Virus record (IMG/VR): IMGVR_UViG_3300034358_000003
Source of the DNA: an uncultured virus (IMG/VR IMGVR_UViG_3300034358_000003)
Lineage: Duplodnaviria > Heunggongvirae > Uroviricota > Caudoviricetes
Strand: one strand, 5' to 3'
Length of the DNA: 64,000 bases
The notes under the pieces are model-generated. The model saw nothing but the letters and a program-made list of their open reading frames with translations, had not been told where the DNA came from and made no database searches. The position numbers were made by a program, and so were the translations under genes. Below, in pieces: positions 8,622 through 17,235 of this stretch; the first letter of the stretch is position 1; the number at the start of each line of letters is the position of its first letter.

Positions 8622-9884
8622 TCAGATACGTTTAACTTTGTGTTGATCGGCCAGACCGAAGTCAAGCATGGCAACTTCACTTTGCACGCCTTGCAGTTGG
8701 CTTTGCAACTCTGCAATTTGACGTTCAATGTCTGCTTTCTTGGCTACCTGTTCGGCAATGGTAGACAGGAACTCTGATACAGAGCGAACTTTAAACACAG
8801 ACTCACGGTCAACCTTGACAATATAATTCAAATCAATGTCGGTATAATCGTCTTTGTCAAGCAACTTGTGGAAGCTTGGCGACATCGATTCATCATCACG
8901 ACGGAACACCCAAAACGATGGAACGTCACGGCGAGTATACCGGACAATATCGCCAACCACAAGGCCGTTGCGGAATGCTGGCGTTTGACGTTTAACCATG
9001 TCGTCAGACCACTTATCAGATTTGATAATGTCGATCAACTGGCCCAACTGAGTCAAGCGGTTAAGGCCGTAAGCTTCACGCCACTTGTTAGAGTGACGGG
9101 TAAAAGCGTTTCCTGCATCACCGCCAGTAGGGCATGGTACAGGGTAAGTGTAGTTGCCGCTATAGATTGGAGTAACACGGATCAAGTTTTCTTTCACTTC
9201 TGACATTTGGCTAGAGTTAGCCCCGGCCATATCAGAGAAACGGTCGATGTTATCGCAAATCCCGTATTCCCCGTTAAGGCGAGAGTCCAAACCTTCACGG
9301 TGACGCAAGGCAGCATCATACATACCCTGAAAAGTATTGATTGCAAGTTGTTGCAATTCAGTGTAGACAACTTGCAGCGGCGCTTTGTCCAGAGTCAAAG
9401 CCGGGGCCACTGATACAGGCAACAATGGCGGGGCCAGCTCTAAGCAAGGTTCCCAAATATCACCGCCTTGGCGCTGGCCTTCAGAGTCAATAAGGTGATA
9501 AGTTGTGTCTTCAAAGCCGCGAAGCTTGAAGTCTGTCACGGTCAACACAGTGCCAATCATCTCAGGCCCGAAACCCCAACCGCTGTTAACAACTTTAACG
9601 CTTGAACCTACAGGAAACTTTGGCACGGCTGTCAGTTGTGGGACGGCTGGCACTGGCGCCACTTCTTCAATAATCGACATGTCACGTACATAGGCACAAA
9701 AACATTCCACATCGCCATGCTCTGACTTGAAGTATGGGCAGCTTGAGCCATCATCATTAGACAGAATCCAAACCTTAGATTTGTATTCTGTTTCACTGTA
9801 ATCACCATCGTTGCCGGTCAACTTCAGGCGGGTAACGTTTACGATGAAACCTGCTTTCTGTGCTGGGGTTTGCTTAGTAGTCAC
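8622..9884 (-). CDS. multidomain early protein (repeated SH3-like modules plus C-terminal coiled coil)
   Basis: KFPVGSSVKV and GLVVGDIVRY modules; heptad-rich C-terminus. Confidence 0.8.
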   Translation of the reverse strand: MTTKQTPAQKAGFIVNVTRLKLTGNDGDYSETEYKSKVWILSNDDGSSCPYFKSEHGDVECFCAYVRDMSIIEEVAPVPAVPQLTAVPKFPVGSSVKVVNSGWGFGPEMIGTVLTVTDFKLRGFEDTTYHLIDSEGQRQGGDIWEPCLELAPPLLPVSVAPALTLDKAPLQVVYTELQQLAINTFQGMYDAALRHREGLDSRLNGEYGICDNIDRFSDMAGANSSQMSEVKENLIRVTPIYSGNYTYPVPCPTGGDAGNAFTRHSNKWREAYGLNRLTQLGQLIDIIKSDKWSDDMVKRQTPAFRNGLVVGDIVRYTRRDVPSFWVFRRDDESMSPSFHKLLDKDDYTDIDLNYIVKVDRESVFKVRSVSEFLSTIAEQVAKKADIERQIAELQSQLQGVQSEVAMLDFGLADQHKVKRI

Positions 9885-9930
9885 TGCTCATTACCTTAGC
9901 CCGTCTGGGGCGTTCTGTTTATGTGCCGCC

Positions 9931-9958
9931 ATCTTAGCAAATCCTTACAGCACGTCAA
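9931..9958 (-). promoter_or_regulatory. first leftward early promoter
   Basis: TTGACG..TAAGAT with AT-rich upstream tract. Confidence 0.75.
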
Positions 9959-10054
9959 CCACTATTTTAAATCTTTTTCAAAATAGTTTTTCTATCCAGC
10001 GAGCGCCTGCGGCTAGGCGTGCGAATACCACAAGAAAATATTTTTATCAAGTGG

Positions 10055-10082
10055 TTGTATTCTCTGTTCAAAGGAGTAGAAT
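10055..10082 (+). promoter_or_regulatory. rightward sigma70-like promoter into non-coding DNA
   Basis: TTGTAT-16-TAGAAT with AT-rich upstream tract. Confidence 0.55.
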
Positions 10083-10158
10083 CATACACAGCAGGCAACG
10101 CAGCCCCGGAAGGGCGAGCACTGGAGACAAACAGGGAGGGTGGGCGTCATTCTGGTAA

Positions 10159-10225
10159 TACGAATGCTTCTCAACTCCCGATGCAAACGAGATTGATTGT
10201 CAACAGCATATGAGAATGATTCTCA
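10159..10225. promoter_or_regulatory. cluster of three Fur-box-like 7-1-7 palindromes
   Basis: TGAGAAT-G-ATTCTCA (10211-10225, perfect); degenerate copies at 10159-10173 and 10188-10202. Confidence 0.5.
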
Positions 10226-10345
10226 ATCGTATTCACTGGGGCAGTGACGTGCTACACCAAAAACTTGTAGCACGTCTGAACCCCCTAGATTTTCTCTGTA
10301 TCTGGGTAGATTTACATCTCTGTAAAAATCTGTCCGGGGATTCGG

Positions 10346-10391
10346 CTCCATAAATTTCCAGCCGTTTCTCCATAAATATCTACCCGTTTCT
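10346..10391. repeat. tandem imperfect direct repeat CTCCATAAAT..CCGTTTCT x2
   Basis: Read directly from the sequence. Confidence 0.7.
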
Positions 10392-10616
10392 TCAATCCCA
10401 GTTGAAGATGGAGCCTACCAGCCCGCCTACAACGTCTGCCACTTCCACAGCAGCAGTCACACCAGTGTAGACTAGAGCCACGTCAACGGCTGTCTCAAGC
10501 ACTTCACCGATGAGGGATGGTCTGTTAGCTTCACAGCCAGCCTTTGGGCAAGCATAGTAATCACGGGCTGCGATGTAAATGTGACCGCAGCAGCGGCATC
10601 TCAGATTGTAAGCCAT
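10392..10616 (-). CDS. zinc-ribbon protein with hydrophobic C-terminus
   Basis: CRCC..CPKAGC; AAGGAG RBS. Confidence 0.75.
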   Translation of the reverse strand: MAYNLRCRCCGHIYIAARDYYACPKAGCEANRPSLIGEVLETAVDVALVYTGVTAAVEVADVVGGLVGSIFNWD

Positions 10617-10745
10617 GTTGGTATTCTCCTTTGTTGGTTGATGTTGTGTATCTTACTGTAAGAATCCGTCCGTGTCTACCTTCACACATAAATCATTTGG
10701 ACAAATTCCCATATCGAAACCTTTTGGCGAATACCCTGCCGCCGT

Positions 10746-10822
10746 AAAAGTAAGCTGTAGAGTGTGCCGGTGCGAAAAGTAAGGATAAAAGTAAGCCCCA
10801 CCTTAAAGTAAGGCAGGGCTTG
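10746..10822. repeat. four AAAGTAAG repeats and a terminator hairpin
   Basis: Copies at ~10747, 10776, 10788 and 10805; AAGCCC..GGGCTT stem. Confidence 0.65.
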
Positions 10823-10912
10823 GGATACAGCGTAGCTGCTATTTACAGAAGCACCAGACTACAAATGCCCAGAAGGTTAGCTGTGCTACATACATGATAG
10901 TTTCGTTGTCCA

Positions 10913-11095
10913 TTATTCATCTCCTTCAATATGTCGTTTGAGTGCAGGGAGTGTCGAGAACTCATCACTGCGGATTTTACCTTCGCACCCTCGGGGTCTA
11001 TAGTGCCAAGCTTTACCTTCATTGTAAATCCGGCCAAGCTCCTTCTTGTGCCACTTCACCCGGATGTACTCTTCTTTCTGTTCGTAGTTGATCAC
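10913..11095 (-). CDS. hypothetical protein
   Basis: GTGA-coupled ORF. Confidence 0.7.
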   Translation of the reverse strand: MINYEQKEEYIRVKWHKKELGRIYNEGKAWHYRPRGCEGKIRSDEFSTLPALKRHIEGDE

Positions 11096-11328
11096 TCTTC
11101 CTCACCCTCAAAGTCATCTTCCAGTGGAGAACAGATACCCAGATCAGCGTAGGTCATAGCTTCAGGCACCATGATTGCGTCAGGGCCAGAGTCCATACCT
11201 TGGTAGTCTGTATCTTCGTCAATGACACGTTGAGCAAGCTCACGGTCAAAAGTGTATTGGACATAGGTGTAACCATCAGAACCGCCAGCAATGATGTACA
11301 AAGGCTTCAGCTTAACTACGATGGACAT
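11092..11328 (-). CDS. acidic protein, homologous to the N-terminal domain of the vWA protein
   Basis: DGYTYVQYTFDREL vs DGSQSIQYTFDAEL. Confidence 0.75.
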   Translation of the reverse strand: MSIVVKLKPLYIIAGGSDGYTYVQYTFDRELAQRVIDEDTDYQGMDSGPDAIMVPEAMTYADLGICSPLEDDFEGEEE

Positions 11329-11473
11329 TTTGTTTCCTCATTTGTGGTTGATTTGCCTTATCAGGCTGTGTGACTCATTCTACAGGAATACCCAGCCGGG
11401 TCAAGTCTTTTGTGAAATTCTTTTCTACTTTACTTCACACAAAGAAAAGCCCCGCTTACGCAGGGCTAAAACA

Positions 11474-11671
11474 TCAATACCACATTTGTGTACGTTCATA
11501 CATTGCCAAGCGAAGCTCATTAATACGAGCTTCAAGCCACATTCTTCGTCTTGGGATTGTGCAAATCCTTAGACATTCCTTGAAATCGGCAAGCTTGACT
11601 TTGAGAATTCTGATTTGCTCTTTGGCGTAGTATGCTTCCAGTGCGTCAGGTGTATTTAGATCAGCCATCAT
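11474..11671 (-). CDS. hypothetical protein
   Basis: AAGGAG RBS; terminator downstream (~11443-11467). Confidence 0.7.
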   Translation of the reverse strand: MMADLNTPDALEAYYAKEQIRILKVKLADFKECLRICTIPRRRMWLEARINELRLAMYERTQMWY

Positions 11672-11737
11672 TGGCTCCTTATGTTAAGAACTCCTTCTCT
11701 ACACTAATTATACACCCTTTGTCAAGCCCTGTCCATC

Positions 11738-11884
11738 TTATTCTTCGTCTTGGATGTCAGCAGGTTTGGCTTCCCAAACACCACGACCAGACTTACGGCG
11801 GTCGCGGCTCTTACGATCTTCCTTGCGTTGTTCGCGCTTGGCCTTGTCGTACTCCCAGCTATTGCCAAACTCTTCTGCTTTCAT
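11738..11884 (-). CDS. 48-aa Arg/Lys-rich peptide
   Basis: MKAEEFGNSWEYDKAKREQRKEDRKSRDRRKSGRGVWEAKPADIQDEE. Confidence 0.7.
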   Translation of the reverse strand: MKAEEFGNSWEYDKAKREQRKEDRKSRDRRKSGRGVWEAKPADIQDEE

Positions 11885-11889
11885 TGCTT

Positions 11890-12117
11890 TCAAACTACAT
11901 CTCCTTTCAAGGGCAATTTACGTTTTACTTCCATAATCACTTCAATGTCGGCACTGAACAGTCGGAACATCTCTACATTGATTGTCATGTCAGCATTCCA
12001 AGCCGCTAAGATACCACGTACAAAGCAGGCATGCCCTATAGCATCACGATATGTCTGTGAGGCTACAATCAGCTTCATGAACGACTGGATGTACGCTATC
12101 TTTTGTTCTGTTGTCAC
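11890..12117 (-). CDS. hypothetical protein
   Basis: Coupled ORF with RBS. Confidence 0.65.
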   Translation of the reverse strand: MTTEQKIAYIQSFMKLIVASQTYRDAIGHACFVRGILAAWNADMTINVEMFRLFSADIEVIMEVKRKLPLKGDVV

Positions 12118-12329
12118 ACCTTACCTCCAAGCACAGAGAACAGCCGGTGGTCGGGAGTGATACCCTCCATCGCCAAACGTTTGTTGATTCGAAACTGAAT
12201 CAGGTCATCAGCGTTCTGATCACCCATAGCTTCACGCACTTTGTCTTGACAGTCCCAGTGACACTTTAACAGACCATGAAATACCTGTCCATCAGTCATC
12301 GGGAGATTGCAGCCGGGGCAGTTAGCCAT
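12114..12329 (-). CDS. small Zn-binding protein
   Basis: CPGC..CHWDC. Confidence 0.65.
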   Translation of the reverse strand: MANCPGCNLPMTDGQVFHGLLKCHWDCQDKVREAMGDQNADDLIQFRINKRLAMEGITPDHRLFSVLGGKV

Positions 12330-12330
12330 A

Positions 12331-12660
12331 TCAATTACTCTTTGTGCAGATTGCATCAGTGCCAACAAGGCGACTGAAGTATTTCTGGGATTCAGGGTAG
12401 ACGTAAGCTTGTTCAGTCACGTCCCATTTGCTACCAATCACCACGTTCTGTGCCTTGGAGCGAGAACAGCTCAAACGCTGATCCTTCCAGACGTAACCGC
12501 TTTTCACCTCACGAAGAGTCACCTTGCTGTTGCTCTTAGAGGTCAGGTAGACACTCTCAACAACCATCGTGGTGCGTTTCTCACTCAGAAGATTGGGCTG
12601 TTCACAGCCAGCGAGCGAGATTGTAGCCATGATCAGTACAGCAGTCAACAACTTTTTCAT
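12331..12660 (-). CDS. lipoprotein
   Basis: MKKLLTAVLIMATISLAGC lipobox. Confidence 0.75.
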   Translation of the reverse strand: MKKLLTAVLIMATISLAGCEQPNLLSEKRTTMVVESVYLTSKSNSKVTLREVKSGYVWKDQRLSCSRSKAQNVVIGSKWDVTEQAYVYPESQKYFSRLVGTDAICTKSN

Positions 12661-12751
12661 TTCTTCACTCCCACAGTAGCCATTGCATAAGCCCACCAAG
12701 CGAACATTAGGATAGGTCCACAGAACGCTACCGCAAATAGGATAACTTCCA

Positions 12752-13144
12752 TTATTTGGACGCCTCAATTCGTTTGATTGCTTTGTCGAAGATTGCCCGA
12801 CCTGCTTTCAGACCAACCACACCCAGAGCTTCAAACTGGTTCTTCATCTGGTTTGCAGCGTGGCAGCAGGCTACAACATTACCCTTCACATAACCTTTGG
12901 TGCCGTCGATACGGTCAATTGTGAAGTCACTCAGCTTCAGTTCGTCCTCTTTGCCAGTGCTCTTAGTCAGGATGATACCTGTGTAGAAGCAGCGTTTGGC
13001 ACCCAGCAGGTTCTTCATCGAAGTGTGTGACAGACCGAATTCGATGTTACGTCTCTTGGCGTTCTCTGCTTTCCAAACAAGATGCTTGGCAGCGTAGAGG
13101 TCGAATTCGTTCTCGGTCATGTTGTATGGGCGTTTAACAGCCAT
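12752..13144 (-). CDS. HNH-like (beta-beta-alpha-Me) endonuclease
   Basis: CFYTG..TIDRIDGTKGYVKGNVVACCHAANQMKN. Confidence 0.7.
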   Translation of the reverse strand: MAVKRPYNMTENEFDLYAAKHLVWKAENAKRRNIEFGLSHTSMKNLLGAKRCFYTGIILTKSTGKEDELKLSDFTIDRIDGTKGYVKGNVVACCHAANQMKNQFEALGVVGLKAGRAIFDKAIKRIEASK

Positions 13145-13167
13145 TTTGAATCTCCGTTTTGATTATA

Positions 13168-13737
13168 TTAGAACTGAGTCTTAACGCGATCAAGAGTAGC
13201 CAGAATCTGGTCTTTAGTCAAGTCACCCATACGCAATTCTTTGATGATACGATCTGCTTTGATGTCGATCTTCTGTTCAACCTTTGCAGTTTCGAAGGCC
13301 ATCGAGACATACTTGAAGGCTGCTTCAGGGCTGGTGATGCCCACCTTGATTAGTTGACGTGCAGCACGATTGAAAGCTGGCTGTACATCAGAGATGTCCT
13401 TGATACGACCATCAAAGAAGTTCGTAGTTGTTACGGGAGTTTTCTGCTTACCAACATGCTCGCCAGTTGCAGCAGGAGCAATCCGAATCACGCCCATGTC
13501 AACCTGTTCCTTCCAGAAGCTGAAGCGTGCGTAGTGACGTTGGTATTCAACGCGATCATCACGCCCACCAGCAATGAATTCTGCGATCTGCGAACAGTCA
13601 AGCTTCAGTGCTACACGCAAGGCGTTCAGGCTAACGCGATCCTCAACTGAGAAGGCAACACCGTTGGAGCAGGGAACAGCACGTTTCTCAGCGGCAGCGT
13701 AGGTGGATTTCAGTTGGCTTTTGGTGATCGAGGTCAT
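13168..13737 (-). CDS. hypothetical protein
   Basis: GGAG RBS; own TTGACA..TAAGAT promoter (~13769-13797). Confidence 0.8.
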   Translation of the reverse strand: MTSITKSQLKSTYAAAEKRAVPCSNGVAFSVEDRVSLNALRVALKLDCSQIAEFIAGGRDDRVEYQRHYARFSFWKEQVDMGVIRIAPAATGEHVGKQKTPVTTTNFFDGRIKDISDVQPAFNRAARQLIKVGITSPEAAFKYVSMAFETAKVEQKIDIKADRIIKELRMGDLTKDQILATLDRVKTQF

Positions 13738-13800
13738 TTAGTAAATCTCCGTGTTGGTTTGTGTGGTCTATCTTACAGTGTTTAGGTTTTGTGTCAACAG

Positions 13801-13944
13801 TTATTTGTTGAAAATTACAGTCATCATTAGAGCACCCGCAACAGTGCCAAGCAGGTTTTGCACTTGGGTGAGTTCAAAGCCGGGAGTGATTACCGCAGCC
13901 ATCAAAATACCCCAAGCTATAGATGCCATCAAGCCCCGCATCAT
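13801..13944 (-). CDS. 47-aa two-helix membrane protein
   Basis: MMRGLMASIAWGILMAAVITPGFELTQVQNLLGTVAGALMMTVIFNK; ATGA coupling. Confidence 0.6.
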   Translation of the reverse strand: MMRGLMASIAWGILMAAVITPGFELTQVQNLLGTVAGALMMTVIFNK

Positions 13945-14084
13945 TTACCCTCCTTTGCAAGCCAGTAGTGACCTACAGCAGCGACACCACATACGACAGC
14001 CATCAAGGTGTTGGCTGTATACAAGTTGTAGACACAGCAGAGTGCAGTGATGACAGCCAATTCGATTCGGTATTCTTTGAACAT
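13941..14084 (-). CDS. 47-aa membrane protein
   Basis: MFKEYRIELAVITALCCVYNLYTANTLMAVVCGVAVGHYWLAKEGK; TAATG-coupled to the NTase-like gene. Confidence 0.6.
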   Translation of the reverse strand: MFKEYRIELAVITALCCVYNLYTANTLMAVVCGVAAVGHYWLAKEGK

Positions 14085-15052
14085 TAGTAGTTCTCCCCAG
14101 TGTAAGGTTTCAGCAGGTGTTGGTTCTCGTTGAACCGTTTGATGTAGTCATCTTCGCCTAGTTCGTTGTACAGGTCAAGAACTTTTTGATAATTTTCCCA
14201 AGCATACTCACGGAACCAACCGCTGGTGATGCTTGTGCACACCTTCATCAGAGCCATCTCAAAGCTCCAGCGAGCCGATGGGCCACCTTCCTTACCCAAG
14301 CCATGAGGAATCTGGGAACGCTCCAGAGCGAGCACACAGGACTCTTCATAGACACCGTAGATGCGGGTGACTTCAGGACAAGCAAAGAATTTCTCCTTGC
14401 TGGTCATCACTTCACTGCCATCTTTCATATAGAAGGTGTACGCAGGCCGAGGGTCACGCTTATCAATCAAAGCAACAGCCAAGTGGATACTATCATGGTC
14501 ATACACATACTGAACACCATCGCCATTGAAGAAATCTTTCGAGGTGACATCCAGTTTAGGGTGTGCATACGTGTATGTTTCAGCTTCACGACGCTTGAAC
14601 CAATCTTGGTCTTCTGGCAACCACTTGCTGAAATCATTCATCATGTTCTGTAGCCCACTGTTCTTCTCACGAAGATAACGAATGTCACTCATAGTCTTCA
14701 AGAAGTGTGGCGAGTTACGCTTGTAGCGATGGCTCATCTTCAGCATGAACAGATCGAAGTTGCTTGGAACCATTGGATATTCAGCTTTATCGGCGTAGTT
14801 CCAATCAAGCATTTCCTTTGCAGTGGTGCCTTCCCAAGCCAACTCAAACTCGTAGTTCATGCCGTCTTTATCACGTGCATGGTAGTACTTACCACCCTGA
14901 GTTGGTACGGCGAATTGCAGGTTGGCTTTGTTGGCCTTGTGCCACGCTTTGAATTGATCCAGAGTGCAAATGAAGTCCCAATCGACCGTAGGTCGTACAC
15001 CTACCAGTTCAGGATTGTTCGCTACTAAAGCACGGCTACCGACAAGCAACAT
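14084..15052 (-). CDS. nucleotidyltransferase-like protein (DUF7275-like)
   Basis: Pol-beta-like hG[GS]..DxD signature (LLVGSRAL..VDWDF); C-terminal YDHDSIH and CTSITSGWFR motifs. Confidence 0.7.
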   Translation of the reverse strand: MLLVGSRALVANNPELVGVRPTVDWDFICTLDQFKAWHKANKANLQFAVPTQGGKYYHARDKDGMNYEFELAWEGTTAKEMLDWNYADKAEYPMVPSNFDLFMLKMSHRYKRNSPHFLKTMSDIRYLREKNSGLQNMMNDFSKWLPEDQDWFKRREAETYTYAHPKLDVTSKDFFNGDGVQYVYDHDSIHLAVALIDKRDPRPAYTFYMKDGSEVMTSKEKFFACPEVTRIYGVYEESCVLALERSQIPHGLGKEGGPSARWSFEMALMKVCTSITSGWFREYAWENYQKVLDLYNELGEDDYIKRFNENQHLLKPYTGENY

Positions 15053-15063
15053 GGTGAATCTCC

Positions 15064-15579
15064 TTAAACTGGTTGAATTCCGTTACGACGCATTACACGT
15101 TCGTAGTTAGAAGCCTGAGCCTGAAGCTCTTTGATTTGTTGAGAGACATTCTGCCAGTTGGCTACTGCTTCGTCAAGCGATACTTCAGGAATATTGGAAC
15201 TTGGGAGTGGGTCAGCGTGCTCAATGTCATCGACATGTGCGTCCCAGTCTTCTTGATTTGGGAAGTCTACCGTCAAATCACCGCCACTTTGCAGGTGGGC
15301 AACAACACCAATATCACCAACACGCACTTCACCTCGGCCATACGCAGGATCATGTGAAATCATACGGACACGATCACCAACCTTGAACCCACGTGGAGTG
15401 GTTGGCGTAGCTTCTTGGAATAGCTCAAACATCGCTTCATCGTAGCTGCCTCCTTGGCCTAGCAAGCCGATGGCGTCACGACCCAAATTGCCGGTAACTT
15501 CGTACACACCACCTTCAACAACTCCATTGAAGGAGCCGCGAACACGCTTTACGATATCGCCAACTTTGAATTTACGCAT
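15064..15579 (-). CDS. tandem SH3-like domain protein with coiled-coil tail
   Basis: KFKVGDIVK and GFKVGDRVR repeats. Confidence 0.75.
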   Translation of the reverse strand: MRKFKVGDIVKRVRGSFNGVVEGGVYEVTGNLGRDAIGLLGQGGSYDEAMFELFQEATPTTPRGFKVGDRVRMISHDPAYGRGEVRVGDIGVVAHLQSGGDLTVDFPNQEDWDAHVDDIEHADPLPSSNIPEVSLDEAVANWQNVSQQIKELQAQASNYERVMRRNGIQPV

Positions 15580-15608
15580 TTATGAATCCTCGTTTGTTTG
15601 TGTGGGGC

Positions 15609-15651
15609 TATAATAGAGAAAGCCCGGCACCCTGTCAAGGGGTCCGGGCTA
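15609..15651 (-). promoter_or_regulatory. terminator hairpin overlapping a sigma70 promoter
   Basis: AGCCCGG/CCGGGCT stem; TTGACA-17-TATTAT. Confidence 0.65.
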
Positions 15652-15657
15652 ATTCTT

Positions 15658-15894
15658 TTAGCAGCTTTGCGAAGAGGCATTCCAGCCAGCAGTGGTGTAG
15701 CGGGAGCCGTGATCCTCTACATACTTCTCAGAGTAGTAGGTTCCGCCCATGCCGTAGCTACCAATGTCCAGATCGAACTCAAGGCCATGCTCATCAGCAA
15801 GGTTCTCAGCTTCCCAGATAAGGGCTTGGGCATCGTTCACAAGCCCTGCAATCTTTTCCAGTGCACCACGCTTTACAGCGTCTTCAGTCCACAT
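15658..15894 (-). CDS. WxSSxC-tail family protein
   Basis: Ends GWNASSQSC; TAATG-coupled start (alternative start 15906). Confidence 0.8.
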   Translation of the reverse strand: MWTEDAVKRGALEKIAGLVNDAQALIWEAENLADEHGLEFDLDIGSYGMGGTYYSEKYVEDHGSRYTTAGWNASSQSC

Positions 15895-16298
15895 TACACG
15901 TTCCAACCGTAGTCATAGCCTTCTTGTGCAGACTGTTCCCACTCAGAGCAAGAGCCAGACGCTTCCCACAGGCTAGCTGGGGTGTATGTTTGGTTTCGGC
16001 CAGAGCCGTCAGTGTAGGTGAAAGGAAGCTCAGCATCTTCAGAGATATCACGTGCCCAATCTTTCAAGAGGGCTTCCAGATCATCAGCACTCAGTTCAAG
16101 AGCACCTTCTTCTGGGATGTTCTTCAGCAACAGAGCCAGATTGGAAAGAGCCTCCACGCCCTCACCAAGACCCTCAAAGGTGTGGGTGTTGTAGAAGGCA
16201 GTGCCACCATTGTAAAGGTCATAAGTGACAGTTTGAGCGATCAGCGAGATAGAGCCCAGCAGTACAACACGTGCAGTTTCAGTCTTAACGGAAGCCAT
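15894..16298 (-). CDS. acidic protein with internal LWEASGSC and EWEQS motifs
   Basis: Start MASVKT with AGGAG RBS. Confidence 0.8.
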   Translation of the reverse strand: MASVKTETARVVLLGSISLIAQTVTYDLYNGGTAFYNTHTFEGLGEGVEALSNLALLLKNIPEEGALELSADDLEALLKDWARDISEDAELPFTYTDGSGRNQTYTPASLWEASGSCSEWEQSAQEGYDYGWNV

Positions 16299-16311
16299 TT
16301 TGTTTCTCCTA

Positions 16312-16779
16312 TTAGCAGCGGGAACTATCCCAATCAGAATTTTCGTCGAGGTTTGCAACACCAGCAGGCATGCGGCAAGAGTACGGCAGGTCAGCTCCAC
16401 GACTCAAGGCCATTGCTTGCTCAACTGCATCGTAGGCTGTTTGGTTCAGCTCTGCGATGAGTTGCAACACTTCCTGCCGTTTGGCTTTGGTATCAGCCAC
16501 GTAGGTTGGATTAGCTTCCATGAACGCGAAGAACTCATCACGATCAACGGACTCAAAGTCGCCATACTCACCTTGAATCTTGAACTCGCCGTTTGGTTCG
16601 AAGCTCACTTCATACTCAACAACACGACCGTTGGAGTAGGTGTAAGTCTCACCAGTTTTCCAGCCTTCGATGACCACTTCGTGGTCATTCACTTGGCGGG
16701 CTACGGCATCTTCAGGCCAGAGGTTGTAGTCAATACCTTCAGCGTCAAACTGTAGTGCCAAATACTTTACAAGTTCCAT
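16312..16779 (-). CDS. WxSSxC-tail family protein
   Basis: Ends DWDSSRC. Confidence 0.8.
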   Translation of the reverse strand: MELVKYLALQFDAEGIDYNLWPEDAVARQVNDHEVVIEGWKTGETYTYSNGRVVEYEVSFEPNGEFKIQGEYGDFESVDRDEFFAFMEANPTYVADTKAKRQEVLQLIAELNQTAYDAVEQAMALSRGADLPYSCRMPAGVANLDENSDWDSSRC

Positions 16780-16794
16780 AAATCCCCCTTTGTG

Positions 16795-17235
16795 TTAGCA
16801 ATACATGGAACTGGAATCCCAATCAACTGCGTCGATCAGACGGAAGTCGTTGGTGTATTTACCCACCTTGATATCCGCTGGAATGTTATACTCGTTAGCC
16901 AGAGTCAACAGCTCATTCATAGCTGGCGACACTTGAGCAATCAGCTCAGCTACGCGGGCTACAGCCTCACGGCGTGCCTTTTCGTAGGCCATATGCTCAC
17001 CAGCAAACGGACCATCGATATAGGCTTGCACTTCTTCGACGGTGAAGGTGTGATCCTCCAGTTCGAAGTCGTACTTGTCTGGCCCGAGGCGTTCGCTGTC
17101 CAGATAGTGTTCATCTTTGTACTCACGACCGTTCTTGACGTAGACACATTGGTTGTCAGTCTCGACAGTGGTGCCACCTTCAAGATCAAGGTTGCCCTGT
17201 ACAACTTGGATTGCAACGTAGAGAAGAGTCTTCAC
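16795..17235 (-). CDS. WxSSxC-tail family protein
   Basis: Ends DWDSSSMYC; GTGA-coupled to the MazG-like gene. Confidence 0.8.
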   Translation of the reverse strand: MKTLLYVAIQVVQGNLDLEGGTTVETDNQCVYVKNGREYKDEHYLDSERLGPDKYDFELEDHTFTVEEVQAYIDGPFAGEHMAYEKARREAVARVAELIAQVSPAMNELLTLANEYNIPADIKVGKYTNDFRLIDAVDWDSSSMYC

